Assembly: GCA_027079365.1 (NCBI GenBank)
Contig: JALWVW010000325.1
Coordinates: 1-40,621, forward strand
Source of the DNA: Campylobacteraceae bacterium
GTDB lineage: Bacteria > Campylobacterota > Campylobacteria > Campylobacterales > Sulfurovaceae
Direction of reading: 5' to 3'
Length of the DNA stretch: 40,621 nucleotides
The translations under genes were made by a program, and so were the position numbers. Position 1 is the stretch's first letter. Every line of letters begins with the position of its first letter. The notes under the pieces are model-generated. The model was given only the letters and a program-made list of their open reading frames with translations, was not told where the DNA came from and ran no database searches. Below, one piece after another: positions 40,597-40,621 of the stretch.

Positions 40597-40621
40597 GGGG
40601 AAGCGGATCCCGGGGACACCT

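Noticed and set aside
40597-40621. GGATCCCGGGG (BamHI/SmaI-like string) at the extreme 3' end, together with the fosmid-like window length, as a hint of cloning-vector sequence
   Set aside because: It is one base off the common GGATCCCCGGG polylinker and too short to distinguish from chance. No other vector-like sequence is visible at either end.
1-40621. Search for mobile elements, prophage genes, tRNA/rRNA genes and CRISPR arrays
   Set aside because: I found no transposase, integrase or recombinase-like ORFs. I found no terminal inverted repeats, no spacer-separated direct repeats and no non-coding stretch long enough for rRNA. No cloverleaf-like tRNA candidates were noticed in the short intergenic regions.

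Overview
This 40.6 kb window looks like a Campylobacterota (epsilonproteobacterial, Sulfurovum/Sulfurimonas-like) chromosome segment. That placement is inferred from gene content and order only: rsmH plus an FtsL-like gene, PpiD-like-ftsA-ftsZ, tandem dynamin-like proteins, a c553-type cytochrome and a CetB-like PAS protein. I support about 36 protein genes. I saw no rRNA, tRNA, CRISPR array, transposase or integrase. Bases 1-15.6 kb are mostly housekeeping: AEC transporter, OmpA-family protein, orphan RND pump, rsmH, ftsA, ftsZ, Ppx/GppA and mutY. Bases 15.6-40.6 kb are rich in signalling genes and look accessory, with three classical two-component systems, one hybrid kinase and one PAS protein. 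Five modules stand out. (1) A minus-strand block (17.5-25.0 kb) runs kinase, OmpR-type regulator, then three lipoproteins built from thrombospondin-type-3 Ca-binding repeats, cadherin-like repeats and FISUMP domains. A 28-bp element (26/28 identical) sits in both internal promoter regions. (2) A translationally coupled operon encodes DLP1, DLP2 and a short SbmA/BacA-like membrane protein (25.1-30.5 kb). (3) A module of cytochrome c, haem-binding-domain protein, CusRS-like two-component system and a 9-haem lipoprotein cytochrome (30.5-35.3 kb) has both promoters marked by tandem 11-bp TTCATTTTCA repeats. (4) A metazoan-type arginine (phosphagen) kinase has locally elevated GC and is divergent from a signal-peptide-bearing Hsp20. 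(5) An Aer/CetB-like PAS protein is paired with a Roadblock/LC7 protein. All functional calls rest on by-eye motif recognition; no searches were run.
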